Part shown: positions 53,809 to 64,000 of the stretch, piece after piece | Position numbering within the stretch: position 1 is the stretch's first letter | Layout of the letters: every line of letters begins with the position of its first letter | Virus record (IMG/VR): IMGVR_UViG_3300038393_001263 | Location: 9,616 to 73,615 of that record | Source of the DNA: a virus | Lineage: Duplodnaviria; Caudoviricetes | Reading direction: 5' to 3' (one strand) | DNA length: 64,000 nucleotides | The notes under the pieces: generated by a model | Database searches by the model: none | What the model saw: only the letters and a program-made list of their open reading frames with translations | Told to the model about the DNA's origin: nothing | Program-made: the position numbers and the translations under genes

Positions 53809-55089
53809 TTAGACCTCCTTCGGACCAAGAATCACGATCCTCAGCCAATCGATGGCGTCGGCGAACTCGGCGTCGGACGGGATGACGTACGCCTGCTTGG
53901 CGATCGTGTCGGGAGCGTGGGCTAGGAAGTAGTCCGTGTAGAACTTGTACTGAGGATGGGTCGCCAGGATCGTCGCCGCCGTCTTCCGCAGGTGCATCAT
54001 CGGCAGCCTCGCCTTTCCCATGCGCGTCCACGCCATCTGGATCGAATCGCTTCGGCAAAGTTTCTCGCCCTCCATGTCGTACTTTACTAGGGGCGTCCCG
54101 CGATTCGTGGTCAGCGTCAGTTCCCCGTCCGATCGATACCTTTTCAGTAGTTCCAGGGTCTCGGGCCAGAGTTTGTAGGTGACGACGGGGCTCCCTGTGT
54201 CTTTGGTCTTGGACCGCGCCCGCGTGATCGTCCCCTTCCTCCAGTCGATCTCGTCGTTGCGAAGGTCCGCCACGTCGCTCTGATAGAAACCAGCCTGGAT
54301 CATGAGGAGCAGGTAAAGCCTCATGCGTCCAGTCGCGCGATCAAGGATCTCCCGTACCTCATCGATCGTGAAGACCTCGATCTTGCCGGCCGACGAGTGA
54401 TTGAATCGAAACCGCCGTTCGTCAATGTTGGCCGGTAGCGGGATCAGCTTCTTCGACGCCATCCACTTGATGAACTGCTTGGCGGTCATGAACAGGTTTT
54501 TGACGTAGGACGGCTTGAACTCCTTGCGGCCGATCTTCGCGGACAGGTGGTTGAAGTAGCCTTCGACCTTATCCTCGTCGATCGTGTCGATCGCCGCGTC
54601 GGGTCCGATCCACTGCGCGAACTTGTCGATGTTTCGGAAGTAGGCGTCGTAGCGCCCGGCGCTGAGTTTCCCGGTGCTGCCGGACGACCGGAGCAACGTC
54701 TGCCACGTCGCGATTTGGGCTGCGATCGTCCGTTCGGGGGATGCGGCCGTGGCGAGCTTGGCGATCGACCTGGCCTGGTCGACCTTTTGGGCGTACTGGT
54801 CTTCCCCGAATATCTTTTCGAGGATTCGCTTCTGGCTGTCCTCGTCCATCGATTCGAATGCGTTGGCGAGGCGATCGGCATCCCTTGTCTTGCTTCGCTG
54901 CTCATCGAGGTCGGGCGACGCGGCCTCTTGCTGCTTCTTCTCCCACCACTCGACCATCGCCCTCCAGGACGCTTCCTTGGTCGGCGCGACGCCGAGTTCC
55001 TTGCAGGAGACCGTGTACCATTTCCCCTTCACGCACTTCCGCCACCGCGCGTTCTGGGGATACCACGTCATCGGGAGCTTCTTGGCCAT
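53809..55089 (-). CDS. int: tyrosine integrase
   Basis: HLRKT (HxxR), FLAH...AY (H, Y nucleophile), RSKT; AAAGGAGG SD; adjacent to attP. Confidence 0.85.
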   Translation of the reverse strand: MAKKLPMTWYPQNARWRKCVKGKWYTVSCKELGVAPTKEASWRAMVEWWEKKQQEAASPDLDEQRSKTRDADRLANAFESMDEDSQKRILEKIFGEDQYAQKVDQARSIAKLATAASPERTIAAQIATWQTLLRSSGSTGKLSAGRYDAYFRNIDKFAQWIGPDAAIDTIDEDKVEGYFNHLSAKIGRKEFKPSYVKNLFMTAKQFIKWMASKKLIPLPANIDERRFRFNHSSAGKIEVFTIDEVREILDRATGRMRLYLLLMIQAGFYQSDVADLRNDEIDWRKGTITRARSKTKDTGSPVVTYKLWPETLELLKRYRSDGELTLTTNRGTPLVKYDMEGEKLCRSDSIQMAWTRMGKARLPMMHLRKTAATILATHPQYKFYTDYFLAHAPDTIAKQAYVIPSDAEFADAIDWLRIVILGPKEV

Positions 55090-55158
55090 TGTCGCCTCCT
55101 TTAGCCAGAAATGCCGCACTCCTATGGTACGCATACGCATCTCCCGCCGCAAGGCGTC

Positions 55159-55509
55159 TGGCTAAAGTTCTGGCTAAAAACACGAGGTTTGGCTAACAGG
55201 AAGGGCAATCTGGATAACTGAATGCAAGTCGCAACGCCATGAAAATAAAAGCTTTGTGATCTATTTCTGCATAAACATAAGACTCCGGACGGCACTGGAA
55301 ATGCCGTGTACCTTAACCGGTACCGAGGGTTCGAATCCCTCCCTCTCCGCTAAAGCACTGAAAATAAAGGACTTATAGATAATCGATTTGACGTAAATTC
55401 TAATGGATTCTGGCTAATCGGACCTGGCTAAAGTCTTGGCTAAGAACCGATGGCTAAAGCGTCAGGCTGGCTCATCGACGAATGCGGCAGCGTTTTAGCC
55501 AGTGGCTAA
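55159..55509. repeat. TGGCTAA arm-type repeats flanking the att core
   Basis: exact copies at 55159, 55171, 55190, 55411, 55425, 55437, 55451, 55503 and inverted at 55495-55501. Confidence 0.85.
55287..55352 (+). other. attP core: 3' two-thirds of tRNA-Ser(GGA)
   Basis: anticodon arm CGGCA-CTGGAAA-TGCCG, long variable arm GTACC..GGTAC, T-arm GAGGG-TTCGAAT-CCCTC, 3' acceptor strand CCTCTCCG; 5' acceptor and D arm absent. Confidence 0.85.
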
Positions 55510-55521
55510 AGTCGATCGCGC

Positions 55522-55552
55522 AAAGAAAAGCCCCGGCCTTTTGAGCCGGGGC
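55522..55552 (-). terminator. intrinsic terminator for leftward early genes
   Basis: GCCCCGGC-7 nt-GCCGGGGC followed on the minus strand by TTTTCTTT. Confidence 0.75.
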
Positions 55553-55579
55553 GTTCCTGTTTCTGGCCTGATCACGCCC

Positions 55580-55819
55580 TCACTCCTCTTTCGCCATGTG
55601 CTTCTCGAACTCCCGCACCTTCGGCTCCATGAACTCCATGAGTTCCTGCTGATCGAGGTTGCTGATCCAGTGGAACAGCGCGTTTACGAAGACCGTCATG
55701 GAGAGCGGTCTGCCTCGAAATTGGATTTTATCTCCGGTTTTCTCGGTCGTCGCCCGGAACTTCTTGCCGACGTCGTTGAGAACCTTGAACTGCATCGGCT
55801 TCGCTTTCGTCCAGTTCAT
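55580..55819 (-). CDS. ribbon-helix-helix-like regulator (paralog of 40989-41444)
   Basis: MNWTKAKPMQFKV...FVNALF vs MHWKSEKPLQVKM...LVNSLV. Confidence 0.55.
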   Translation of the reverse strand: MNWTKAKPMQFKVLNDVGKKFRATTEKTGDKIQFRGRPLSMTVFVNALFHWISNLDQQELMEFMEPKVREFEKHMAKEE

Positions 55820-55852
55820 CGTCTGCCTCCTCTGTGTCTCGCTTTCACGGGT

Positions 55853-56212
55853 TTAGTCTTCGTCTTCTTGGTCGTCCTTCTTGGTCCACCTATTGAGATC
55901 GACGTCCATTCGTAGGGTCGGCAGTTGTCCACGGCCGCGAACGACCTGAAGGCGTTTTTCGCCCGACGGCGGAATCCTGTCTCCTTCCGAATCGGATTCC
56001 AAGAGCTTCTGGCCGTCCGCAATGATGGCGAGTTGGGTGTCCCTACTCAGCGACAGGAACCACCTCGCGACAAAGGCCATCATCGGCCCACGGTCCATGT
56101 CGTGGACTCGATCGACGGAGCCCGAATGCAATGCGGCGGTGATCCTCAGCGCGATGCGGACGTTTTCCGGTACGTCGATCTGGACTGAGTCCTCGCCTTT
56201 CTTTTGGCCCAC
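55853..56212 (-). CDS. ribbon-helix-helix-like regulator
   Basis: SVQIDVPENVRIALRITA; TTGTGA...TCACAA inverted repeat upstream. Confidence 0.55.
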   Translation of the reverse strand: MGQKKGEDSVQIDVPENVRIALRITAALHSGSVDRVHDMDRGPMMAFVARWFLSLSRDTQLAIIADGQKLLESDSEGDRIPPSGEKRLQVVRGRGQLPTLRMDVDLNRWTKKDDQEDED

Positions 56213-56280
56213 GGCCGCCTCCTGTTGTGATGCACTTCGGACGGGTCACAAAGTCAAAACTACAACGCCACGTGGTTCTG

Positions 56281-57195
56281 TCAACTTCCTGAATCGCCCT
56301 TCTTCTTCCTCCTCCTCCGTCTCTTCCACTCCCCTTCCGGCGGCACGTTCTTGAACCCCTCGTCGATCAACCAGCGTATCGCCTTCGACGCCGAACATCC
56401 CAGCGGGTCGATCGCTTCCAGGAACCGTCGCGTGTGCTCCAACTTCTCGTGCGACTCGTCGGTGAAGTAGTGGGCCGTCCGTTTGTTCCGGGGCTTGACG
56501 TTCGGCTTCCGGTTCTTGATCTTGTCGAACTTCTTGGCGTACCGCTCCGCGCACCGGCGGATCGCCTTTTCCCCCTGGATCTCGTTCGTGGTCAGCAGCC
56601 GCGTCCAGAGCACGTTGAGCTGTTCCGGCTCCAGTCCCTTCGGCGCTTCCTCGGTCAGACACCAGAGGCCGCGCCAGCCCTCCATCGTCATGAACTGGCG
56701 CACCGACCGTTCGGTCCTCACGTCGAACGCATGGATGCGGTAGTTCGGCATCTGGAAGCTGGGCTTGAGCCCGTGGAACTTCCGCACGAACGCGGTGGCG
56801 AATTCAATTGCCGACGCCTCGTCCTTCACCCTTTCTGCGCCGTCGCCGGTCCACCAGTGCCAGCGTTTCAGGATCGGATCGCCGAGGTATTCGGGCGGAA
56901 GCATGCGGAGCGGGACGGCGACCGCGTCCCATGTGTCGGACGCGAGGAAGATGTATCGGCCGAACTGAGCCGTCGGCGACTGGATCCGCAGTTGGTATAG
57001 CGCCCGTCCGTCGACCCGCTCGGGCGTCCAGCGATCCGAGAACTTGTCGTCGTCCTCGTAGGGCTGGATGTCCTCCAATTGCTCGGGCTCGACGCGCGGC
57101 GATTCGGGGATCGGTCGAGACAGGACGTCGGCGAGGAATTCGAAATCGGCGAGCTTGGCTAGGAGTTTGGGCGGGAGTTGCGGTTCGTCGGTCAA
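56281..57195 (-). CDS. hypothetical protein with C-terminal RHH-like segment
   Basis: RTAHYFTDESHEKLEHTR...SASKAIRWLIDEG. Confidence 0.5.
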   Translation of the reverse strand: MTDEPQLPPKLLAKLADFEFLADVLSRPIPESPRVEPEQLEDIQPYEDDDKFSDRWTPERVDGRALYQLRIQSPTAQFGRYIFLASDTWDAVAVPLRMLPPEYLGDPILKRWHWWTGDGAERVKDEASAIEFATAFVRKFHGLKPSFQMPNYRIHAFDVRTERSVRQFMTMEGWRGLWCLTEEAPKGLEPEQLNVLWTRLLTTNEIQGEKAIRRCAERYAKKFDKIKNRKPNVKPRNKRTAHYFTDESHEKLEHTRRFLEAIDPLGCSASKAIRWLIDEGFKNVPPEGEWKRRRRRKKKGDSGS

Positions 57196-59308
57196 CTCAA
57201 CTCTCCAGAGTCCTTCAAAAGCCTTGCGGTCAACTCATCGATCTGCTGGGGCGTCATCGGCCGACCTTGGATGAACTCGTTCTTGGCGATCGCGTAGGCC
57301 GTCGATCGGGCCTGCTGCGCCGTCATTCGCATTCGCGGTTCCCAGCCGTTATGCTTGGAAGCCTTGATCGTCTCGTTCTCCATCTCAACCTTTCTTCTGA
57401 TAGGGTGGCGTCAAACTGCCGTCCGGGCTCAAAATTCCCGCGCGGACGAGCATCGCCCGAAACTCTTCAGGCGTCATCGCCGCGAAGACCTTGGCCATCG
57501 ACTGAAGCAGTTCGTCGATCCCCATCATCGACTCGGCCTCGGCGATGCACCAAGGGCATTCCGTGGTTTCACTCTCCTCTTCGGACCACATCCGACGACA
57601 CACCGGGCATTCAATCTGAGGCATCACTTTCTCCTGTAAGGCTTGGTCAATTCCCCTCTCTCGTCGATGATACCAGCTTTCACCAGCGATTCGCGGAACT
57701 CGCCGGGCGTCATCGTCTTCGCGCGGTCAGAGATGATCTGCGCCGTCAGGGAAATAGAGAACGATCGGTCATCGTATGGCTGCGGCTTGTGCTGGTCGAA
57801 TCCATACCGGCAGTGGCGGCAGACGAGCCAACTCCCGGCCGCCGAGTCGCCGCGATGGTTCGATTCGCCGCACTTCGGACAGTCAACGTATGGCTTCAAT
57901 GGTCCTCCTCGTAGTAACGCTCCCAATCCTCGTACCGATCTTCCTCGTCGTGGTGTTCGTCCTCGCGCGACGGCTCGACGACGTACGATTCCCCGCAGAC
58001 CTCGCAGCACCAGAGGTCGGAACCATCGACGTCGGTTCCGTCCGGGAATCCGAATCCACCGCAATGCGGGCAGCCGTGCGGTCGCGGGAACGGGCCGTCG
58101 AACTCGAAGTGGGTGGTCATTGGTCGTCAGTACCCAAGCCGTCTCATCCGTTCCTTCGTTTGCTCCATGATATCCCGGATCAACTCACGTTGCCTCTGGC
58201 GTCGCTCTCGCTTGGCGTCGGCGATGATCTCGCGGGCCTTCTCCCGGTTCTCTTCCGGCTTAGGCCATCCGTAATAGCTGAAACTGGACGGTTCCCAGCC
58301 CAGCATCGACAGTTGGTTGATGCTCAGGTCTTTCGACTTGATCGTCCTGTCGATGATGTCGCGCGCGAGACGCAGGCGTTCCTTGTTGGATTCCTTGCGA
58401 TGCCTCTCGCACTCCTTCTCCCACGCCGCGATCTCCTCGGGCGTCTTGACGGGTTGCGGCTTGGGGTTGTTGAACTCCTCAAGCCTATCCCACGCTTCGT
58501 CGTACTCCCGATTGGAGATCGCGGTGTATTCCAGCATGTCGTCTAGGTCTTGCGGGTTCATTCGTCTTCCTCCATCGGTCCCCAAATCGCCTTGTCGAAC
58601 CACTCGGCGAACTGCCTCATGAAATCGGCCTCCGCACCGGACGATCGGTCGATCATCTGATCCAACCCGGTCTTGCCGGGCGTCCATGTGTTTCCCGTCT
58701 CCGCGCGGAACTCGTCCACGATGTTTTGCTGGCCGATCGCCCATTTCAGACACGAGAACCATATGACCGCAACCAACGGGTCTTCCGGCGCGATGCCATC
58801 GAAGATGCTGGTCTGGTCAGTCATAGTCCTCCTCCTCAATCTCGATGTCATCCTCCACGTTGTCGAAACCGTCCTCGATCTCCCATGACGTGAACGATTC
58901 GCCGCAGTCGTTGCAGACGAATTCGTCCTCGTAGTCCACGATGTTGCTCGACTGGCATTCGGGGCACATGATGATCGACATCAGTCTTTAGCATCCTCTT
59001 CCGGCGTGTCCCATCCCCACTCGATCACGTTGAACAGTTCCTCTCGACAGAACTCATTCCGTTCCTCCTGGCTCATGTCGGCCCACTCGTCGGCGTCGAC
59101 CTCAACGATTCGCTCGTCGTGGCTGTCGAGCTTCCACGTCCGCGCGTGAATCCTGACCTTGATCGTCCTCTCTTTCTTCTTCGCCATCTTCCTCTCCCTC
59201 GTACCACGAATCCACGAAACAATTAACGAACTCGCGCAACTCCTGATCGCGTTCCAGAACCTCCAGCGTCTCGGGCAAATTCACTCCTTCCCTTGTTTCG
59301 CCAGCCAT
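57192..59308 (-). other. cluster of small leftward early ORFs (57192-57383, 57385-57627, 57624-57899, 57896-58120, 58127-58561, 58558-58824, 58981-59187 and others)
   Basis: tightly coupled short ORFs with GGAGG SDs; several CxxC zinc ribbons. Confidence 0.6.
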
Positions 59309-60175
59309 TGTTCCCTGGCCTTGGTCGCCAGTTCGACGGCGCGTTCGAGGCTCACTTCGCTCCTGGAATGCGCCTCGGCGAACATTCGCCCGAACCGCGC
59401 ATCCATTTCGTGCTCATTGTAAATCCATGACGCGTCGTCGTGGCTGCGATCCTTGGGATAGCATTCCAACTTGGATTTTGATTCGACCCTCCCGGATTCA
59501 AGTCTGATTTCCGCCCTATGAACCATCCTCAATTCCAACGTGTCTCCGAGCGTTGATTCGTCCAGCACGAATTCTTGGACGCCGATCCAGCCGCGACTTC
59601 CATTCCCAAGATCCGGCCGTTCGTCCATCGCCGCTTGCGCCTTCTCGGGAGTCGAGTAGACGCCGTGGATCTCGAACTCGTTGTCGTCGCCGGTCGCGAT
59701 CACGTAGACGGTTTGCTTTTCGCTCACTTGTTCTTCCTCCATCCTGATCCGTGTAGAATTCGTTTCCCCGCTCCAGCCGCCTTCCGTCGCCACTCGCCGC
59801 TCTTGAACGCTCGAATCCGCCTCAGCCCCTTGCACTTGTCGCAAACCTCGTCCGGCCAGAGTCGGCCCTGTCCGCCGCAACGATCGCAGGGGACGATGGC
59901 GTAGGGGGTCAAGGTCGCTTCTTTTCGAGAAGATCCTTTGCCTCGCCGAACAGATGACGCGCGACCTCATCGTCCAGACGCCCCGAGTCCAGAACGTAGT
60001 ATTCGATGTTCTGTCCGCCGTCGAACGAATCGATGGCCAAGACGGTTCCATCCGTGAAGCGAACGCTTTCGGAAAATCCTGAATTCGCAGGCCGATAAGC
60101 CTGCGGTGTCCTTTCCTTCGCGAACGCGAGAGCGTCCAACAGCGTGACCTGTCGCCATTTCGGTTTGTCAGACAT
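59281..60175 (-). other. small leftward ORFs (59281-59727, 59724-59912, 59909-60175)
   Basis: coupled ORFs; 59724-59912 has CxxCxGxG repeats. Confidence 0.5.
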
Positions 60176-60704
60176 TCTCGTGCTCCTTCAAAACCAAAGC
60201 CGCCGTCTCCCGGACCATCGCGCTGCAATCCTTCAGTCCGCGCGTGCGGACCAGTTCCAACGCTTCGGGCGTCCCCGTATCGCCCAACGCCCAGAGAGCG
60301 GCATCACGTTTGTCGGGCGTTCCGTGGTCGTAGCAGATTTTGCAAAGCCTCATCACGCGTTCGCGGTCAAGATCCGATTCGCCTAGCGTTCGGAGCAAGA
60401 CGTAAATGACGTCGCCGTCCATCTTGTTCAGGCCGAACAGCCTCGCCCGCGTCCCGTCGATGTAGCGTTCGGCGAAGTCCAGAACAGGTTCGCCGATCTC
60501 CAGTAGCAGGCCCTTCGCCAGATCCAATCCGTCGTCGAAGACGATCTTCACGAACTTGTCTAGGATCGGCGCGATTAACGATCCTTTGTCCTCAGTTTCC
60601 CGGATCCGCTTGACCGCCTCATCGTAGGCGACGCGCCGCTTCTCGTGATCGCGGACCACGACGCAAGACAGGACGGACTCGAAAGAGAAGGTGTGGTTGA
60701 TCAT
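60168..60704 (-). CDS. HEAT-repeat protein
   Basis: RDAALWALGDTGTPEALELV...VRETAALVL. Confidence 0.65.
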   Translation of the reverse strand: MINHTFSFESVLSCVVVRDHEKRRVAYDEAVKRIRETEDKGSLIAPILDKFVKIVFDDGLDLAKGLLLEIGEPVLDFAERYIDGTRARLFGLNKMDGDVIYVLLRTLGESDLDRERVMRLCKICYDHGTPDKRDAALWALGDTGTPEALELVRTRGLKDCSAMVRETAALVLKEHENV

Positions 60705-62092
60705 TAGGCTTCGCCCAACTCCTTCAAGAACTTGCACAGCGTCTTCCGCTCGATCCGCCACCGCTCGTCACGCGCTGAACTTGCGTAGACGTATTCGCCG
60801 GGATCGGAAACCAGTTCGCGAATCCACTCGAACACCTCGTTGGCTTCCTCGCTGAACGGCGGTCGCCACCTCGGCCATTTCTGCCCGCGCTTCTCGAACA
60901 GCTTGTCGTAAAACCCCTTGTCGTCGGTCGGCTCGTCCACGCTGATGTACGTGCTCGGCGGGAAGTGATCCGGGTAGACGATCAACGGCTCGCCCGCGTC
61001 GAACGTCGTCTCTCCCATGTCGCCGGTTCCCGCGCCCACCCAATGGGCCTTGCCCGTCTCCTCGTCGATGTGGACCGTCCAGTAACTCGTCTCGTGTCGT
61101 TCGGGAATCATGAAACCCCCTGCTCTTTCAGGAACGCCGCTCGCTCATCCGAATCGAGAAAGACATACGCGTAGCCGTTGGCCTCGTTGCTGACTCCTGT
61201 TCTCGTCATGTCGCTGACCAGTTCATCTAGGACGGCTTGGGTTTGCGGGCCGGGTCGGCGCGGGATCGAATTCCAATCCTTGATCGCGTACTCCTCGTTC
61301 AACGATCCCGGCCCAGTCAGCCCGCATCTCGGGCATGTTCCGCGAAAGAGATCGCCGTGCGGTTGGACCAGCCATGCGGGGGACGGATCAATGCATCGCG
61401 GACAGTCTTGCAAACGCGCGTCTTGGCTCATCGCTTCTCCTCAGTCCCGGTCTCGTTGTTCGTCCTCAAGCCGCTCGATCCGTTGCTCAAGCTGCTCCAG
61501 ATACTTCGCGAGTTTGTGGTTGTCGCGGCAGCCGATCTTGTCGGCGAATTCCCTGAACTCCCTTTTCAAGCGGTATTCGATCTGGGTCTCTCGCCACTGA
61601 CGATGCCTCAGCAACTCCAGATAGTGATCCTCGAATCCTTCGGTGTCCTCCAGGTCCCAGCACGGATCCTCTTCCCAATTGCGTTTCAGTTCGTCGAGTT
61701 CTTCGGGGGTTTTCATCGATTTGCCTCCGCTCGATGCTTGACGGCTTCCCGTCTAGCTTTCTCTTGTTGGATAGCCCACCCCCAAGCCTCTAGGAATTCG
61801 TAGGCTCGTTGTTCCATGTGCCTACAGTTGGTCTCGCCGCATTCTTCACATTCGGGGCACGTGCATTCGTCGATCGGCTCTCCGCAACATTCGCATTCGT
61901 CGCTCATCGCTTTGCATCCTTCCCCGTCAGTCGAGAAATCTTGATCTCCGCTTTCGCCAGCCCGTCCGGTTTCGTGAACACGCGCGGATCGGTGCTCCAC
62001 TCCTGCTGGACGTAAGCCGACGCCGTGATTTCGCAGCCGGCGGACGATCCGCAGGCGAGGAGAAAGAGCGCGGTCGCAATCCATCGCTTCAT
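60704..62092 (-). other. small leftward ORFs (60704-61111, 61108-61431, 61441-61716, 61904-62092 and others)
   Basis: coupled ORFs; 61108-61431 has Lar-like CPRC...CPRCG...AIKDWN; 61904-62092 has lipoprotein-like LLACG. Confidence 0.55.
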
Positions 62093-62097
62093 CGTGG

Positions 62098-62376
62098 TCA
62101 GTCCCTTATTACCCGGTACACGAGTTCTTCGATTGACTCTTTCATGTCGAGAAGCAACGCCGCCAAGAGTGGATTGGAATTCAACCTGTATCGCGTCATG
62201 AACTCGCTGAATTCGCTTCCCTTGTCGCCCTCGGCCTTGTTTCGATTTTGGCTCGCCAGGAAATCCTCGAACGCTTTCTGCGCCATCCTGGACCAGTTCA
62301 CCGGCCCTTCGTAGGCGTCCATCTGCGCCTTGAGTTCAGCCGGAATCGAGATTGAGATTCGCGGTTGTTTGGTCAC
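62098..62376 (-). CDS. ribbon-helix-helix regulator (Arc/CopG-like)
   Basis: RISISIPAELKAQMDAY...NWSRMAQKAFEDFL. Confidence 0.75.
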   Translation of the reverse strand: MTKQPRISISIPAELKAQMDAYEGPVNWSRMAQKAFEDFLASQNRNKAEGDKGSEFSEFMTRYRLNSNPLLAALLLDMKESIEELVYRVIRD

Positions 62377-62389
62377 GGCTTGCCCTCCG

Positions 62390-63301
62390 TTAAGACGCCT
62401 TGGATTTTTTGTGCTCGCGGATCGCCTTGTGATAAGCCTTGATGTCCTCGTGCGTGATCTTGAACATCCTCTCGATCTTGTCAGGCTCGTATCCGGTTCC
62501 GGATCGTTCCTTGTAGCTGCACGCGATGACGCAGGGGACTTTCGTCTTGGTCCCGTCGATCTCGCGTTCGACCTCGCTGAAACTCGTCACCTTGACGAAC
62601 ACCTCTTTCTTCATGTCCTCGTGCCAGTAGAACCGCGCCCCCTCGTGAAGCCGAACCTGCTTCGATCCGCTTGAACGGATCTGTACGACGAACGGCTTGC
62701 GTCCGAGGTATTTCTCGATCGCCTGATAGGCCGATGGGTTCGGGCCGTGCTGAGCCTCGATCGCGCGAGCATAGCAGCCTTCGATGTGCAGCCAGTATTC
62801 CGGGCTGTAATCTCGCTTGATGACCTTGAAATCGTCTTCGCCGAATTGCATGCCGCTCTCGATGGCGAGTCGGATTGCGTCCTGCATCGCGGAGTTCAGC
62901 CTGCGCCACGAATGGCCGTGTCCGGCCGTCTCGCCCTGATTGTTCCAGACGTGGTCAAGAAGCAGGATGGCGGGAGACGTCGGCGAATCCCCGGTGATCT
63001 CTTCCCATGTGACCTGCTTGACCAGGCGGACGCGACGCGCGACGATCTCTCCCCAATCCGATTCCTCGATGACGTCGCCGCCGTACTCGACCTCGAAACA
63101 TTGGATCGACTTGTAATCCTTGATCTTGTTCGGTCGGAACGCCATCGGATCGGTCGTGAGGTGAAGACCGTTACGGCATCGCTCAAGCGGACCTTGGACT
63201 TCATGCCAATCGCCTGGCTTGCCGTCTTTCGGGAGCGACCATTTCAGGTTTCCGCCGTGATTCGATCGTCCGTTCCTCAGAATCTTGTAAACGGTCTTCA
63301 C
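62390..63301 (-). CDS. phage hypothetical protein
   Basis: 303-aa ORF; KTVYKIL...HGG...LERCRNGLH N-terminus. Confidence 0.6.
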   Translation of the reverse strand: MKTVYKILRNGRSNHGGNLKWSLPKDGKPGDWHEVQGPLERCRNGLHLTTDPMAFRPNKIKDYKSIQCFEVEYGGDVIEESDWGEIVARRVRLVKQVTWEEITGDSPTSPAILLLDHVWNNQGETAGHGHSWRRLNSAMQDAIRLAIESGMQFGEDDFKVIKRDYSPEYWLHIEGCYARAIEAQHGPNPSAYQAIEKYLGRKPFVVQIRSSGSKQVRLHEGARFYWHEDMKKEVFVKVTSFSEVEREIDGTKTKVPCVIACSYKERSGTGYEPDKIERMFKITHEDIKAYHKAIREHKKSKAS

Positions 63302-63341
63302 CGACTATTCTCCTGTCATCCCCAAAAACATGATCGTGGGC

Positions 63342-63988
63342 TCAGTACACAAAACTCGGATCACAGTCGATTCCACGCGCGTTCTTGACCGGGATCGGCG
63401 AACGCCTGGCCAGGACGATCCTATCGACGAACGCGCCGGGATGCGCCGAAGCCAACGCGGCTTTCGCCAACTCCCGCGCCTGCTCGATCGTCTCGGCCAC
63501 CACTCGCGCCGGCCCGTTTATCCGACCTCGCGGCGACTCCTTCCAAAAGAACGCGTAGATCGAATCCCGGTCGGCCGGCTCGACGCGTTCGGCCTCATCG
63601 CAGACGTCGACAAGTACCGCGTCCGGGTAAACGCTCTTGAGCTTGGCTTCGGCTTTGGATCGCGCGTCATCGACGCTGGCGGCTTCGACGATGCCGACCT
63701 TGGTTCCGGTCGCGACATGGTTCGGGCGGAAGTAGCAGGCGAAACGCATCGGTCAATCTCCTAAGACTTGGGTTTCGTGGTCGGTTCCATGTCGCCTACG
63801 ATCCAGTTAGGAAGCAGGTCATCGAGTTGATAGACCATCTCAAGAAACTCCAGTAGTTCGGGATAGGTTTCCCACAGTGGGTCATCCCGTCGGTTGCTTG
63901 CTCGCTCAAGCATTTCCATGAAAGTCCGGGGATCACCGGGGCGTCTGTATTCGTTCTCGCTGTTGAAATCGAAGAACGTGCATCCCAT
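63342..63988 (-). other. two leftward ORFs (63342-63749, 63761-63988)
   Basis: coding-like ORFs; 63342-63749 shows an internal duplication (A.T/S.++A...A...L.S.+P.A.+V). Confidence 0.5.
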
Positions 63989-64000
63989 GCCCTGCCAAAA

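Noticed and set aside
53698-53925. Excisionase candidate converging on the integrase
   Set aside because: No MerR/HTH-type Xis pattern recognised; half of it is antisense overlap with int, so it was not called.
55287-55352. Functional phage tRNA-Ser gene
   Set aside because: 5' acceptor strand and D arm are missing; context fits an att core.
1-64000. CRISPR array, diversity-generating retroelement or retron
   Set aside because: No regularly spaced repeat-spacer array, no reverse transcriptase motif and no TR/VR pair seen by eye.

Overview
The whole window looks like most of one GC-rich temperate siphovirus-type phage genome. The host is probably a Planctomycetota, inferred from a planctomycete extracellular-signal (LEPR-XLL-like) mini-gene and the integrase type. 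It appears to be in the non-integrated state: a single attP, carrying the 3' part of tRNA-Ser(GGA) and flanked on both sides by TGGCTAA arm repeats, lies internally with phage genes on both sides. Order: putative lysis cassette built around a papain-like peptidase; TerS; TerL split into two genes; solo TnpB; portal; minor head protein; protease; two tandem HK97-fold capsid genes; glycosyltransferase/methyltransferase and fibre block; head-tail connectors; tail (G/T frameshift, 510-aa tape measure, a second tail-tube paralog); early/replication region (RecT, DnaB, RuvC-like, CsrA, DNA methyltransferase); integrase/attP; leftward small early genes. Strongest leads: (1) a possibly heteromeric, possibly glycosylated virion (two capsid and two tail-tube paralogs, glycosyltransferases inside the structural operon); (2) a naturally split terminase; (3) a candidate -1 frameshift fusing portal to the minor head protein; (4) a TCAATGAT operator network with only ribbon-helix-helix-type regulators visible; (5) several structured RNAs, including a tRNA-like element and a pseudoknot/switch leader. 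All product calls come from motif recognition by eye; no database searches were run.
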